A model generated the notes under the pieces. That model was not told where the DNA came from and did not search any database. It saw only the letters and a program-made list of their open reading frames with translations. A stretch of 38,978 nt of DNA from a virus (taxonomy: Duplodnaviria; Heunggongvirae; Uroviricota; Caudoviricetes): IMG/VR virus record IMGVR_UViG_2713896784_000029. One strand, written 5' to 3'. Made by a program: the position numbers and the translations under genes. Of this stretch, positions 9,149-18,244 are shown in pieces; the stretch's first letter is position 1; every line of letters begins with the position of its first letter.

Positions 9149-9368
9149 TGCCCATGCAGGCTCGGATATTGTCGAAATGCCAGTTTGTATTAATATATGA
9201 GCCATCCTGGTGTCCCTCTGCGCTTTGGGGTGCGGCACTTTTTTGAGCAATATTGATAATATGTGTTGCCTCCTCACGGGAAATAACCCCCTTATCGAAC
9301 AGGGTTACCATAAGATTTCCAGCCATTGTGAATGCGGCAACATCAAGGGCATTTTTTATATCTGACAT
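9129..9368 (-). CDS. hypothetical protein on opposite strand (AT-rich)
   Basis: 79-aa minus-strand ORF with RBS AAAAGGAAAAATCT-ATG; only convincing antisense-oriented gene in the early operon; AT-rich relative to flanks. Confidence 0.45.
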   Translation of the reverse strand: MSDIKNALDVAAFTMAGNLMVTLFDKGVISREEATHIINIAQKSAAPQSAEGHQDGSYINTNWHFDNIRACMGITAKKD

Positions 9369-9396
9369 AGATTTTTCCTTTTATGTTAATTGACAT

Positions 9397-9424
9397 GGCG
9401 GTGCGGTAACACCGCCCATTTTTT
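9397..9424 (+). terminator. intrinsic terminator-like hairpin upstream of gemA
   Basis: GGCGGTG-CGGTAA-CACCGCC stem-loop followed by CATTTTTTAT. Confidence 0.45.
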
Positions 9425-9438
9425 ATGGAGCCACGATA

Positions 9439-9951
9439 ATGAATCGCGCTTCCCTGATTACCTTAATACATGTCGCAAAACGCGATCTACAGCTTGACCG
9501 GGAGACCTATATATCCGCGCTGCTGGCAGCCACCGGCAAAACCAGCTGCCGGGATATGTCACCGGATGAGTTATCCCGCGTGCTGGATGTTTTCAAAAAA
9601 CGCGGTTTTAAAGTGCGCCAGAAGCCGGTTAACCGGGCCTTAAAACCGGGTACGGTGACCGCCAAAATTCGTGCCATCTGGAAGGTAATGCACCGGCAGG
9701 GCTTTATCTCTGATGGTGCGGAAACCGCCCTTAACCGCTGGGTGAAATCGCAGACGGCCGCGCAGAACGGCGGCGAAGGTGTGGCAAACTGGCAGTGGCT
9801 GGAGCAACACCCCGCCCTGGCCTCAGATGTGCTGGAGCGTCTCAAGCGATGGCACCGCCGCAAAATGCTGGCCGCGATGGGAATGCCCGAACGCACGCTG
9901 ATGGGGTATGACGCCGTTTGCAGGCAGTATGAAAAATCACTTCCCCGTTAA
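9439..9951 (+). CDS. gemA: GemA-like regulatory protein (Mu gp16 family)
   Basis: 170 aa; N-terminus LITLIHVAKRDLQLDRETYISAL fits the GemA/gp16 family pattern; position before Mor/C; GGAG RBS. Confidence 0.7.
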   Translation: MNRASLITLIHVAKRDLQLDRETYISALLAATGKTSCRDMSPDELSRVLDVFKKRGFKVRQKPVNRALKPGTVTAKIRAIWKVMHRQGFISDGAETALNRWVKSQTAAQNGGEGVANWQWLEQHPALASDVLERLKRWHRRKMLAAMGMPERTLMGYDAVCRQYEKSLPR

Positions 9952-9955
9952 CCCC

Positions 9956-9989
9956 AAATCCCGCCACAACGCGGGATTTTTATTTTAAA
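9956..9989 (+). terminator. intrinsic terminator after gemA
   Basis: 9-bp stem AAATCCCGC / GCGGGATTT with 6-nt loop, followed by TTATTTTAAA. Confidence 0.6.
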
Positions 9990-10020
9990 CTTACCGGGAA
10001 CGCGAGAACCGGAGGCTGAT

Positions 10021-10446
10021 ATGACAGAAACTCAGATGAGCATGTTTGGTGGTGACAGTGAGCAACTGCACGCCCTTATCGACCGCCTTGATGACATCCC
10101 TGATGATGTTCTCAAAAAGAACTGGCCGCGGACCCTGTCTGAACTGGTTGAAGTCACCGGCGCAGAACTTCAGCGTCAGGGGATTGAGCCGGTACTGGCC
10201 GGTAAACTGGCACGCAAGGTGGCTGCGGCTCAGGCAGCCTATATGGGCGGACGGGGTTATTACCTGCCGGTCGGGGAATCTCTCTTTGCCGAGCTGCGAA
10301 ACAATGAGATATTTTCGCGCTGGGACCGGGGCGAGAAAATTGAATCCCTTCGCCGCCATTACCGGATGTCAGAAACCCAGATTTATACCGTCATACGTGA
10401 ACAGCGCCGTCTGCATCTGGCAAGAACGCAACCGCCACTTTTCTGA
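10021..10446 (+). CDS. Mor/C-family transcription activator
   Basis: 141 aa; C-terminal HTH region (SETQIYTVIREQRRLHL) and overall layout like Mu Mor/C; sits between gemA and lysis genes; RBS GGAGG. Confidence 0.7.
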   Translation: MTETQMSMFGGDSEQLHALIDRLDDIPDDVLKKNWPRTLSELVEVTGAELQRQGIEPVLAGKLARKVAAAQAAYMGGRGYYLPVGESLFAELRNNEIFSRWDRGEKIESLRRHYRMSETQIYTVIREQRRLHLARTQPPLF

Positions 10447-10517
10447 TATTCCGCAAAGCCTGCCGCCTTTCCTTCACCGTTACGCTGACTCAGAGAACAT
10501 CATGAGACAGCGTAACA

Positions 10518-11018
10518 ATGCCAAAACTCCCCGCACCACTGCGTAAAAAGCTGATTGCCCTTGTTCTGGCCGGTGCCGGGACGTTCACGATTGCCACGCA
10601 TTACACCGGTTACTGGGAAGGGAAAGAAAACTCCACGTATATCGATCCCACCGGTACACCCACCATCTGTTACGGCCATACCGGCCCGGATGTGAAACCG
10701 GGTATGACCCTGACGGATGAAGAATGTCTGAAACTGCTGGAAAAGGACATGAAATGGGCCTTTGCGGCCATTGATCGGCGTGTTCAGGTGCCGCTTACCC
10801 GTGGTCAGACGGTGGCGCTGGCTTCGTGGATCTTCTGGGCCGGTGAAACGAACTTTCGCAACTCCACGCTTCTGCGCCTGATCAATGCCGGACAGATGCC
10901 CGCGTCCTGTAAGCAGTATATCCGCTGGATTTATTCAAAGGGGGTGAAACTTCCCGGCCTTGAGGCCCGCCGTTCGGCGGATGAATGGTTATGTCGCTAC
11001 GACTTGCCGAAAGTCTGA
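10518..11018 (+). CDS. SAR endolysin (T4-lysozyme-like, glycoside hydrolase family 24)
   Basis: N-terminal hydrophobic signal-anchor KKLIALVLAGAGTFTIATHY followed by E-x8-D-x5-T catalytic signature (WEGKENSTYIDPTGTPT). Confidence 0.85.
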   Translation: MPKLPAPLRKKLIALVLAGAGTFTIATHYTGYWEGKENSTYIDPTGTPTICYGHTGPDVKPGMTLTDEECLKLLEKDMKWAFAAIDRRVQVPLTRGQTVALASWIFWAGETNFRNSTLLRLINAGQMPASCKQYIRWIYSKGVKLPGLEARRSADEWLCRYDLPKV

Positions 11019-11091
11019 ACCGCTTCTGGCGACCGCTCATGATAGCGCTGCTGTGTGCGGTACTGCTGTTACGGGGTGTCCTGTGGCTGCG

Positions 11092-11481
11092 GTGAATAAC
11101 GCCTTACCGGCCCTGATTGCCGGGGCGTGCATGGCGGCGCTGGGGACTATCGCTGTACTGGTTGCCGCGATATGGGGAATGCACCAGAAGACGCAGCGCC
11201 TTGAAGACAATAATCAGGTGCTTGTGCGTGAGCGGGATGAGGTGCGTCAGGTGCTGGCAAATCAGCAGCACACCCTGCAACTCATTTCACAAATCAGTGA
11301 GGCGGCCACGAATGAAAAACAACAGAACATTCAGCACAGCGAGGAGCAGCAGAGCGTTGTCCGCCGGTCGCTGGCAGCAGTGCCTGCGGCCTCTGCCCCT
11401 GTTCCTGATGATGTGGCTGATCGGGTGCGCCGGGCCGTCTGTGAAATACGTGCCTGTGAAGCCGGTGCCGATCCCCGCTGA
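11092..11481 (+). CDS. i-spanin (Rz-like); start uncertain
   Basis: N-terminal TM helix LPALIAGACMAALGTIAVLVAAIW then coiled-coil; directly after endolysin. Start could be GTG 11092 or ATG 11131; ORF-track start 10960 lies inside lys. Confidence 0.5.
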   Translation: MNNALPALIAGACMAALGTIAVLVAAIWGMHQKTQRLEDNNQVLVRERDEVRQVLANQQHTLQLISQISEAATNEKQQNIQHSEEQQSVVRRSLAAVPAASAPVPDDVADRVRRAVCEIRACEAGADPR

Positions 11482-11683
11482 ATGGCTGGCTGACTGCCTG
11501 GTCCCTCCTGCGCCGGAGCCGTTCACGTTTGGGGCATCGGTCACTTACAACCTGCAACTGCTGGCGGTGATCAAGAACTGCAACGTGGACAAGGCCAGTA
11601 TTCGTCGTCTGGAGGCGCGGCGACAACATGAATTTACTGATATGGCCGGAACGCCTGCTGTTCCGGCAGGAAAGACGAAGTAA
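11312..11683 (+). CDS. o-spanin (Rz1-like lipoprotein), overlapped with i-spanin
   Basis: Alternative frame starting inside the i-spanin gene and extending past it; signal peptide with lipobox LIGC; Pro-rich mature part. Confidence 0.55.
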   Translation: MKNNRTFSTARSSRALSAGRWQQCLRPLPLFLMMWLIGCAGPSVKYVPVKPVPIPAEWLADCLVPPAPEPFTFGASVTYNLQLLAVIKNCNVDKASIRRLEARRQHEFTDMAGTPAVPAGKTK

Positions 11684-11693
11684 GGAAAAAGGT

Positions 11694-11921
11694 ATGGATG
11701 ATTCAGATCGTGCTCAGGCTGTGATGGAGCGGGGATCAGAACGCGCCCTTTGTAACCGGCTGACACGTAAGCGCCGGGCAATGGATGCTCCGGGCAGACG
11801 TGTCTGCGCGGACTGTGGCGGAGAGATCCCCGCCGCACGTCTTGTTGCTGTGCCGGATGCCATCCGTTGTGTGAACTGCCAGAACATCATGGAGGCCCGT
11901 CATGTGGGTCAGCATCGTTAA
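11694..11921 (+). CDS. TraR/DksA-family C4 zinc-finger protein
   Basis: CADCGGEIPAARLVAVPDAIRCVNCQ four-Cys motif; ATG 11694 after AAGGAAAAAGG RBS. Confidence 0.6.
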   Translation: MDDSDRAQAVMERGSERALCNRLTRKRRAMDAPGRRVCADCGGEIPAARLVAVPDAIRCVNCQNIMEARHVGQHR

Positions 11922-12210
11922 AGATTATGTTGTGCCGATCCTTTCGGCGACGGCAACCGCTGGCGGGATATTCATGGCGCTGATGCGCAAAACGTTTGTC
12001 CCCCGCGAGGCCTTTGAAAAACTCTCCGACCGCGTTGAGAAGGTGGAAACCCGCCTGTCGTCACTGCCGACAGAAGCCGAGGTCAACCGTCTGAATGTGG
12101 AAATCGTGACCCTGCGGGGTGAACTGAAAACCACGAACGCCACGCTCCGCTCTGTCTCCTATCAGAACGAACTGCTGCTGGAGCAGGCTGTAAGGAAAAA
12201 AACGCAATGA
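11902..12210 (+). CDS. membrane protein with N-terminal TM helix and coiled-coil (possible releasin/holin-like)
   Basis: Single N-terminal TM (VVPILSATATAGGIFMALM), GGAGG RBS, located in lysis neighbourhood. Confidence 0.45.
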   Translation: MWVSIVKDYVVPILSATATAGGIFMALMRKTFVPREAFEKLSDRVEKVETRLSSLPTEAEVNRLNVEIVTLRGELKTTNATLRSVSYQNELLLEQAVRKKTQ

Positions 12211-12497
12211 GTGATTTCATTACTGAAGATCAGCGTCTGGTCATTCTGCGGTCGCTGGCAGATTACAACGGTGAACTGGGTGAATCCGTGCTCCAGGACT
12301 GTCTGGATGATTACGGCCACCGCGTGTCCCGCGACACCGTTCACACCCACATTGCCTGGCTTGCCGAGCAGGGACTGGTGCGCAAACGCGTTCTGATTAA
12401 CGGTTATTTCATCGCGGAACTGACCGGTCGTGGGCAGGATGTGGCGGAAGGCCGGGCCTGCGTTCCGGGTGTGAAGAAACCACGCGCAAGGGGGTAA
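12207..12497 (+). CDS. hypothetical late protein
   Basis: 96-aa ORF, overlapping start, upstream of terminase genes. Confidence 0.45.
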   Translation: MSDFITEDQRLVILRSLADYNGELGESVLQDCLDDYGHRVSRDTVHTHIAWLAEQGLVRKRVLINGYFIAELTGRGQDVAEGRACVPGVKKPRARG

Positions 12498-12499
12498 CG

Positions 12500-13081
12500 A
12501 TGGACAAGCCGACGCGTGGTCGTGTACGCAAGGTGGATTTGCTCCCCGACAGCATCCGTAAGCCGCTGCTGGAAATGCTGCGTGAAAAACGTCTGACGCA
12601 GGTCCAGATCCGCGAGGAAATCAACCGTCTGATCCGAGAGGCGGGCCTGCCGGAAGAGCAGCAGCTTTCACCGGCGGCCATCAGCCGGGAAGCCTCCCGT
12701 AATGAGCTGATTGCCCGTAACCTGCGTGATTTACGCGAGCAGACAAAAGCCATGATGGCCGAACTGGGGGACAAGCCAACCGGTGAAACCACAGCGCTGA
12801 TTCTGGAAATGTCCCGCGCCCTGATGTACCGCCGCCTGCGTGCCGCGACCGAATCTCTGAACAGCGACAGCGACGTGGATATGCGCCTCATCAAAGACAT
12901 CCTCCTGTCAGCACAGCGTGCGGAAAGTGCCGCCGAGCGCAGCATTAAGCGTGAAAAAGAAATCCGGGCCGCATTTGCTGAAGAGATGGCAAACGCGGTC
13001 ACCGACGAGCTGCGCGGCGTGGACGGGATGAGTGAACAGCTTGAGTCCCGTATTAAGGGGATTCTGTTGGGTAAAGCCTGA
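12500..13081 (+). CDS. terminase small subunit (Mu gp27-like)
   Basis: 193 aa, helical and charged, immediately upstream of and overlapping the large terminase start. Confidence 0.6.
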   Translation: MDKPTRGRVRKVDLLPDSIRKPLLEMLREKRLTQVQIREEINRLIREAGLPEEQQLSPAAISREASRNELIARNLRDLREQTKAMMAELGDKPTGETTALILEMSRALMYRRLRAATESLNSDSDVDMRLIKDILLSAQRAESAAERSIKREKEIRAAFAEEMANAVTDELRGVDGMSEQLESRIKGILLGKA

Positions 13082-14745
13082 TGAATAACGCCGAAGAACT
13101 CTCACCCTTACTGACGAATACCGTCTCCACCCGCAAAATTGATCTGGCCGGTGAAAAAGCCCTGCTGGGCGTGGATGTGCCGGACAGCCTTGATTTGCCC
13201 GGTGATATGCCGGTGTTTCTGGATTATCAGGCCCGCTGGTTTGAGGATGAAAGCGAGGTCTGCATCGCGGAAAAATCCCGCCGCACCGGGCTTACCTGGG
13301 CGGAAGCCGGGCGTAACGTCATTACCGCTGCAAAACCGAAGCGGCGCGGTGGCCGCAATGTGTTTTATGTGGGGTCAAAGCAGGAGATGGCGCTGGAATA
13401 TATTTCTGCCTGTGCACTGTTCTCCCGTGCCTTTAACCAGCTGGCAGATGCTGATGTGTATGAGCAGACCTTCTGGGATCGGGATAAAAAAGAAGAAATT
13501 CTGACCTACATGATCCGCTTTCCGAACAGTGGATTCAAAATTCAGGCACTGTCTTCCCGTCCGTCAAACCTGCGCGGCCTTCAGGGGGATGTGGTGATTG
13601 ATGAAGCCGCGTTCCACGAGTCACTGGATGAGCTTCTCAAGGCGGCAATGGCGCTTACCATGTGGGGCGCGCGCGTGCGTATTATCTCCACGCATAACGG
13701 CGTCGATAATCTGTTTAATCAGTACATTCAGGAAGCCCGCGAAGGGCGCAAGGATTACAGCGTCCACCGCATTACCCTGGATGATGCCATTGCGGACGGG
13801 CTGTACCGTCGTATCTGTTATGTCACCGGCCGCGAATGGTCACCGGAAAGCGAGCAGAAGTGGCGTGATGATCTCTACAAAAACGCCCCGACCCGTGAGG
13901 ATGCCGACGAGGAATACGGCTGTATCCCGAAAAAATCCGGCGGTGCCTATATTCCTCACGCGCTTATTGAAATGGCGATGATCCGCGACATCCCGATTCT
14001 GACGTTTGAAGCCCCGGACGACTTCATCAGCCGTGCCGCATGGCTGCGTGAATCGGAAGTTTTAACCTGGTGTGAAGAACATTTAAAACCGCTTTTAGAG
14101 GCGTTAAATCCCCGTTCCCGCTTCAGCTTCGGGGAAGACTTTGCCCGCACCGGTGACCTCTCCTGCTTTGTGCTGCTGGAAATCACCGAATCCCTGGCAA
14201 AACGTGAGGTGTTTCGCGTGGAGCTGCGCAACCTGCCGTATGCCCAGCAGGAGCAGGTGATGATGTACATCCTGACCCGCGTTCCGGCGCTGACTGGCGC
14301 GGCGTTCGATGCCACCGGCAACGGCGGCTATCTGGCCGAAGCCGCGCTGCTGGCCTTTGGCCCGGACATCATCGACTGCGTGATGTTATCGCCGAAGTGG
14401 TACGGCGAGTGGATGCCAAAACTGAAGGCCGAGTTTGAAGATCAGAATATCCTCGTCGCCCGCCATCAGACCACGCTTGATGATTTGCGCCATGTGAAGG
14501 TGGTGAACGGTATCCCGCAAATCGACAAGGGGCGTACGAAGGACCAGAACGCAACGGCTGTGAACGCCCGCCGCCATGGTGATTTTGCCGTGGCGCTCTG
14601 TATGGCAAACCGGGCGTCATACATGGAGGGCTTTATCCTGGATGAATCAGCCTGTCAGGCGCTGCCGGAGCGGTCGCGGGCAATGGAGGGCGGTTATCGT
14701 GATGACGATGAGGCATATCATGAATTTGATCGGGGGTGCTGGTAG
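13081..14745 (+). CDS. terminase large subunit (Mu gp28-like)
   Basis: 554 aa; ATPase-like N-terminal region and nuclease-like acidic C-terminal region; position before portal. Confidence 0.8.
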   Translation: MNNAEELSPLLTNTVSTRKIDLAGEKALLGVDVPDSLDLPGDMPVFLDYQARWFEDESEVCIAEKSRRTGLTWAEAGRNVITAAKPKRRGGRNVFYVGSKQEMALEYISACALFSRAFNQLADADVYEQTFWDRDKKEEILTYMIRFPNSGFKIQALSSRPSNLRGLQGDVVIDEAAFHESLDELLKAAMALTMWGARVRIISTHNGVDNLFNQYIQEAREGRKDYSVHRITLDDAIADGLYRRICYVTGREWSPESEQKWRDDLYKNAPTREDADEEYGCIPKKSGGAYIPHALIEMAMIRDIPILTFEAPDDFISRAAWLRESEVLTWCEEHLKPLLEALNPRSRFSFGEDFARTGDLSCFVLLEITESLAKREVFRVELRNLPYAQQEQVMMYILTRVPALTGAAFDATGNGGYLAEAALLAFGPDIIDCVMLSPKWYGEWMPKLKAEFEDQNILVARHQTTLDDLRHVKVVNGIPQIDKGRTKDQNATAVNARRHGDFAVALCMANRASYMEGFILDESACQALPERSRAMEGGYRDDDEAYHEFDRGCW

Positions 14746-16334
14746 TGGGACGCATAATTGATCTTGACGGAAAACCTTTCTCCTTTGATCCGGAGATGCA
14801 GAGTGCCGTGCTGGATATTCCGCAGATTGCCAGCCGTTATATTGAACATCCGGCCTCGGGTATCACCCCGAACCGGGCGGCGCAGTGCCTTCGCGGGGCT
14901 GAACGTGGCGATCTGATTGCCCAGTCCGATCTGGCTGCTGACATTGAAGAAAAGGATACCCATCTTTTTGCAGAGCTGGGCAAGCGACGCCTTGCCATTC
15001 AGGGGGTGCCCTGGAGTATTGAGCCGCCACCGAACGCCAGCGCGAATGAGAAAAAGGACGCGGAAATGCTCGACGAATATCTGCATTCCGCCGACTGGTT
15101 TGATGCCATGCTGTTTGATGCCACCGATGCCATCCTGAAAGGCTATTCCTGCATGGAGATTGAGCACGGGATGCTCGGTAAAATGCACATCATCCGCGCC
15201 ATCCGCTGGCGTGACAGCGGGCATTTCTGCCTTAACCCGGATGATTTGAGCGAACTGCGGCTGCGTGACGGCAGCCATGCCGGGGTGGCGTTTCAGCCCT
15301 TTGGCTGGATAGTGCATCAGTCACGTTCACGCACCGGTTACGGCGGCGCAACGGGGCTTGTCAGAACGCTTATCTGGCCGTTCATTTTCAAAAACTATTC
15401 CGTGCGCGATCTGGCTGAATTTCTGGAAGTATACGGCCTGCCGATGAAGGTCGGGAAATACCCGTCCGGGGCAACACCGGAGCAGAAAAGCGCCCTGATG
15501 CGGGCGGTGATGGATATCGGGCGACGTACAGGCGGGATCATCCCGGCCGGGATGTCGCTGGAGTTTCAGGCAGCCGCGAACGGTCAGGCCGATCCGTTTG
15601 AAACCATGATTTCGTGGGGGGAGCGTTCCATCTCCAAAGCAATACTCGGCGGCACGCTGACCACGGAAGCCGGAGACAAGGGCGCGCGCTCGCTGGGTGA
15701 AGTGCATAACGAGGTGCGCCGGGAAATCAGGGATTCTGATTTACGTCAGCTGGCCGCCACGCTGAACCGCGATCTGGTGTATCCGCTGTATGCCCTGAAC
15801 ACCGCCCACGCCATTGATATCCGTCGCCTGCCGCGTATCTGTTTCCAGACAAAAGAGCCGGGGGATATCACCAAAATCACCAGTGCGGTGATGCAGCTCA
15901 GTACGGGGATGGATATTCCTGATCCCTGGGTACGGGAGCAGACCGGTATTCCACAGCCTGCCCCCGGTGAAGCCATCTTCCGTGTCCGTCAGAGTGGCAA
16001 TGAACCTGCTCAGACAGACAAAGAGATGCCACCGGAAAAACAGGAGAAGACAGAGCAGACAGCGCTGGCTGCCAGACTGCCGGAAGCGAAGAGCAGCCCC
16101 CGAGATGAACTGGACGACATGGGGGATGCGGTGCCTGCCCGCCGGTTACAGGAGGCCATCGACCCGGTACTGGAGCCGGTCATTGAAGCCATCAGAACGC
16201 GGGGGCTGGCGGAGGCACTGGCAGACCTGCCTGCCCTTTACCGTGAAATGGATGATTCCCGCCTGATGACGCTGCTCAGTGATGCCATGTTTGCTGCGGA
16301 AATGAAGGGGATGCTGGATGACACAGGGGATTGA
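14736..16334 (+). CDS. portal protein (Mu gp29-like)
   Basis: 532 aa following terminase with overlapping start; size and position typical of Mu-like portal; acidic C-terminus. Confidence 0.75.
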   Translation: MLVVGRIIDLDGKPFSFDPEMQSAVLDIPQIASRYIEHPASGITPNRAAQCLRGAERGDLIAQSDLAADIEEKDTHLFAELGKRRLAIQGVPWSIEPPPNASANEKKDAEMLDEYLHSADWFDAMLFDATDAILKGYSCMEIEHGMLGKMHIIRAIRWRDSGHFCLNPDDLSELRLRDGSHAGVAFQPFGWIVHQSRSRTGYGGATGLVRTLIWPFIFKNYSVRDLAEFLEVYGLPMKVGKYPSGATPEQKSALMRAVMDIGRRTGGIIPAGMSLEFQAAANGQADPFETMISWGERSISKAILGGTLTTEAGDKGARSLGEVHNEVRREIRDSDLRQLAATLNRDLVYPLYALNTAHAIDIRRLPRICFQTKEPGDITKITSAVMQLSTGMDIPDPWVREQTGIPQPAPGEAIFRVRQSGNEPAQTDKEMPPEKQEKTEQTALAARLPEAKSSPRDELDDMGDAVPARRLQEAIDPVLEPVIEAIRTRGLAEALADLPALYREMDDSRLMTLLSDAMFAAEMKGMLDDTGD

Positions 16335-17649
16335 TCTGGGTTATGCCGCCACGCTTCCCTCAAAAGAGGCGGTGGCATACTTCCGTGCCAAAGGGGCGCA
16401 TATCAGCTGGAACTGGTTCGAAACAGCCGCGGATGTTCATGCCCGCTCATTCACGGCAGCAAAAGCGGCACGCCTGGATGTGGTGACCACGTTACAGGCC
16501 GAAGTGCAGCGGGCCATTGATGAAGGTATTTCACAGAAAGAATTTATCCGTACGCTGACGCCCCGCCTGCAAAAGCTGGGATGGTGGGGAAAGCAGGTGG
16601 TGGTGGACAGTGCAGGGAACGCGGAAGAAGTGCAACTGGGCAGTCCCCGTCGTCTGGCGCTGATTTACAACGTGAACACCCGTGTGGCTTACAATGCCGG
16701 GCGTTACACGCAGATGATGAACAACACGGACACGCATCCGTTCTGGCAGTATGTGGCCGTCATAGACAGCAGAACGAGGCCAGAACACGCAAAACTGCAT
16801 CTGCTGGTTTTTCGTTTTGATGATGTATTCTGGCAAACGCATTATCCCCCTAATGACTGGGAATGCCGGTGCCGTGTTCGGGCTTTATCTGCCGCCCGCA
16901 TGAAAGCCATGGGACTGACAGTCAGCTATGGCGCATCGTATATGCACACCCATGAAGTGGATGCCGGTACAGATAAGGCCTCAGGAGAATTGTTTCGCAC
17001 CACTTCCACTACGTTTGATAATGGACGAGTGAAAATGACGCCGGGTGTGGGCTGGTCATATAACCCCGGCTCGGCGGCGTTCGGCACAGACCAGGCGCTG
17101 ATCCGCAAGCTGATCGAAGTGAAAAGCCCGGCGTTACGGGAAATGGTGGTTCAGGAGATGAACAACAGCCCGGAGCGGCAACTGGCGTTCCGCATCTGGG
17201 CAAAAAACATCATGAAAACCCGGCGAGGCGGTAACGATATCCGCACGCTGGGCTTTATGACCGAAAGCATTGCGCAGGCGGTGGAAAGCCGGACGGGAAC
17301 GCCACCGGCCCGCCTGCTGGCGATGAGCGGTAAAAATGTGCTCCATGCGGACAGCATGAAACATCAGAATGACGGTATCGCCCTGACGCCGGAGGATTTC
17401 GGTCGATTACCGGCAATGCTGGCAAAGCCAAAAGCGGTGCTGTGGGACAAACGCCACAACAATCTGATGTATATCGTGGAAAGTAAGGATAGCAGTGTGC
17501 AGATTGCCGTTAATGCGCCGTACAGCCTGAAGCGTCAGCCGGATAAACTGGATGTGATTGTTAATGCTTACCGGGTTATCAATATGGGCAAGCTGAAATC
17601 GGATATCCGGGGCGGAATGCTTGAGGTGCTGGAAGGAGGTATTGATTAA
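16318..17649 (+). CDS. head morphogenesis protein (Mu F-like)
   Basis: 443 aa after portal; HYPPNDWECRCRVRA motif typical of Mu F/SPP1 gp7-family minor head proteins. Confidence 0.75.
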   Translation: MTQGIDLGYAATLPSKEAVAYFRAKGAHISWNWFETAADVHARSFTAAKAARLDVVTTLQAEVQRAIDEGISQKEFIRTLTPRLQKLGWWGKQVVVDSAGNAEEVQLGSPRRLALIYNVNTRVAYNAGRYTQMMNNTDTHPFWQYVAVIDSRTRPEHAKLHLLVFRFDDVFWQTHYPPNDWECRCRVRALSAARMKAMGLTVSYGASYMHTHEVDAGTDKASGELFRTTSTTFDNGRVKMTPGVGWSYNPGSAAFGTDQALIRKLIEVKSPALREMVVQEMNNSPERQLAFRIWAKNIMKTRRGGNDIRTLGFMTESIAQAVESRTGTPPARLLAMSGKNVLHADSMKHQNDGIALTPEDFGRLPAMLAKPKAVLWDKRHNNLMYIVESKDSSVQIAVNAPYSLKRQPDKLDVIVNAYRVINMGKLKSDIRGGMLEVLEGGID

Positions 17650-17770
17650 CGGTCAGTGGCGGGGGTCGAACCCGCATACATGATCCACCCGGAGGCAGGC
17701 ACCGACTTTACCAGTTAAGCGTACACTGACCGCCTGTTTATTTTATATTCATCCTTTATGCGGAGGCAAT

Positions 17771-18244
17771 ATGTCATCCATTGATGCGGCTGTGGTGGTG
17801 GACGTTACGCGTCTCCAGCGGGTCTTTGCCCGGCTTCAGTTTGTGGGAGGCGGGAAAGGCCTGGCCCGCAGTGTGGCGTCCAGCCTTCTGTCATCGTCAG
17901 AAATGGCGTTTGAACAGGAAAAAGAGCCGGACGGCGAACGCTGGCATGACTGGTCAGATCCTTACCGCAAGTGGCGTACCCGTAAGGGATACATGCCCGG
18001 CAAAATCCTGACGCTGAACGGCGATCTGGCCCGACGCCTGACCACGGATTATGGCGACACCTGGGCGCTGATTGGATCAAATGAGCCTTATGCGGCCATT
18101 CATCAGTGGGGTGGCCTGCCCGGTATGCCGCCGGGACCGGCGGCCATTGGTGCACGTCCGTATATGGGCTTTGATCAGGTGGCAGAGCAGGAGATCATGG
18201 ACGAAATCAGAAAACGCTTTAAAAAGGCCACAGAAACGCCTTAA
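17771..18244 (+). CDS. virion morphogenesis protein (Mu G-like)
   Basis: 157 aa between F and I, GGAGG RBS. Confidence 0.6.
   Translation: MSSIDAAVVVDVTRLQRVFARLQFVGGGKGLARSVASSLLSSSEMAFEQEKEPDGERWHDWSDPYRKWRTRKGYMPGKILTLNGDLARRLTTDYGDTWALIGSNEPYAAIHQWGGLPGMPPGPAAIGARPYMGFDQVAEQEIMDEIRKRFKKATETP

Noticed and set aside
10046-10546. 166-aa alternative-frame ORF overlapping the Mor/C gene
   Set aside because: Overlaps a better-supported gene with RBS and family resemblance; its translation is low-complexity.
12409-13002. 197-aa minus-strand ORF, Arg/Ser-rich
   Set aside because: Antisense to the terminase small-subunit gene, low-complexity composition, no RBS; typical shadow ORF of a GC-rich coding region.
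14718-15317. 199-aa minus-strand ORF
   Set aside because: Antisense to the portal gene; no independent support.
17651-17733. Calling the F-G intergenic element a tRNA gene
   Set aside because: Acceptor and T-arm are convincing but no anticodon stem-loop could be folded by hand and the D-stem is weak, so it is reported as tRNA-like rather than annotated as tRNA.
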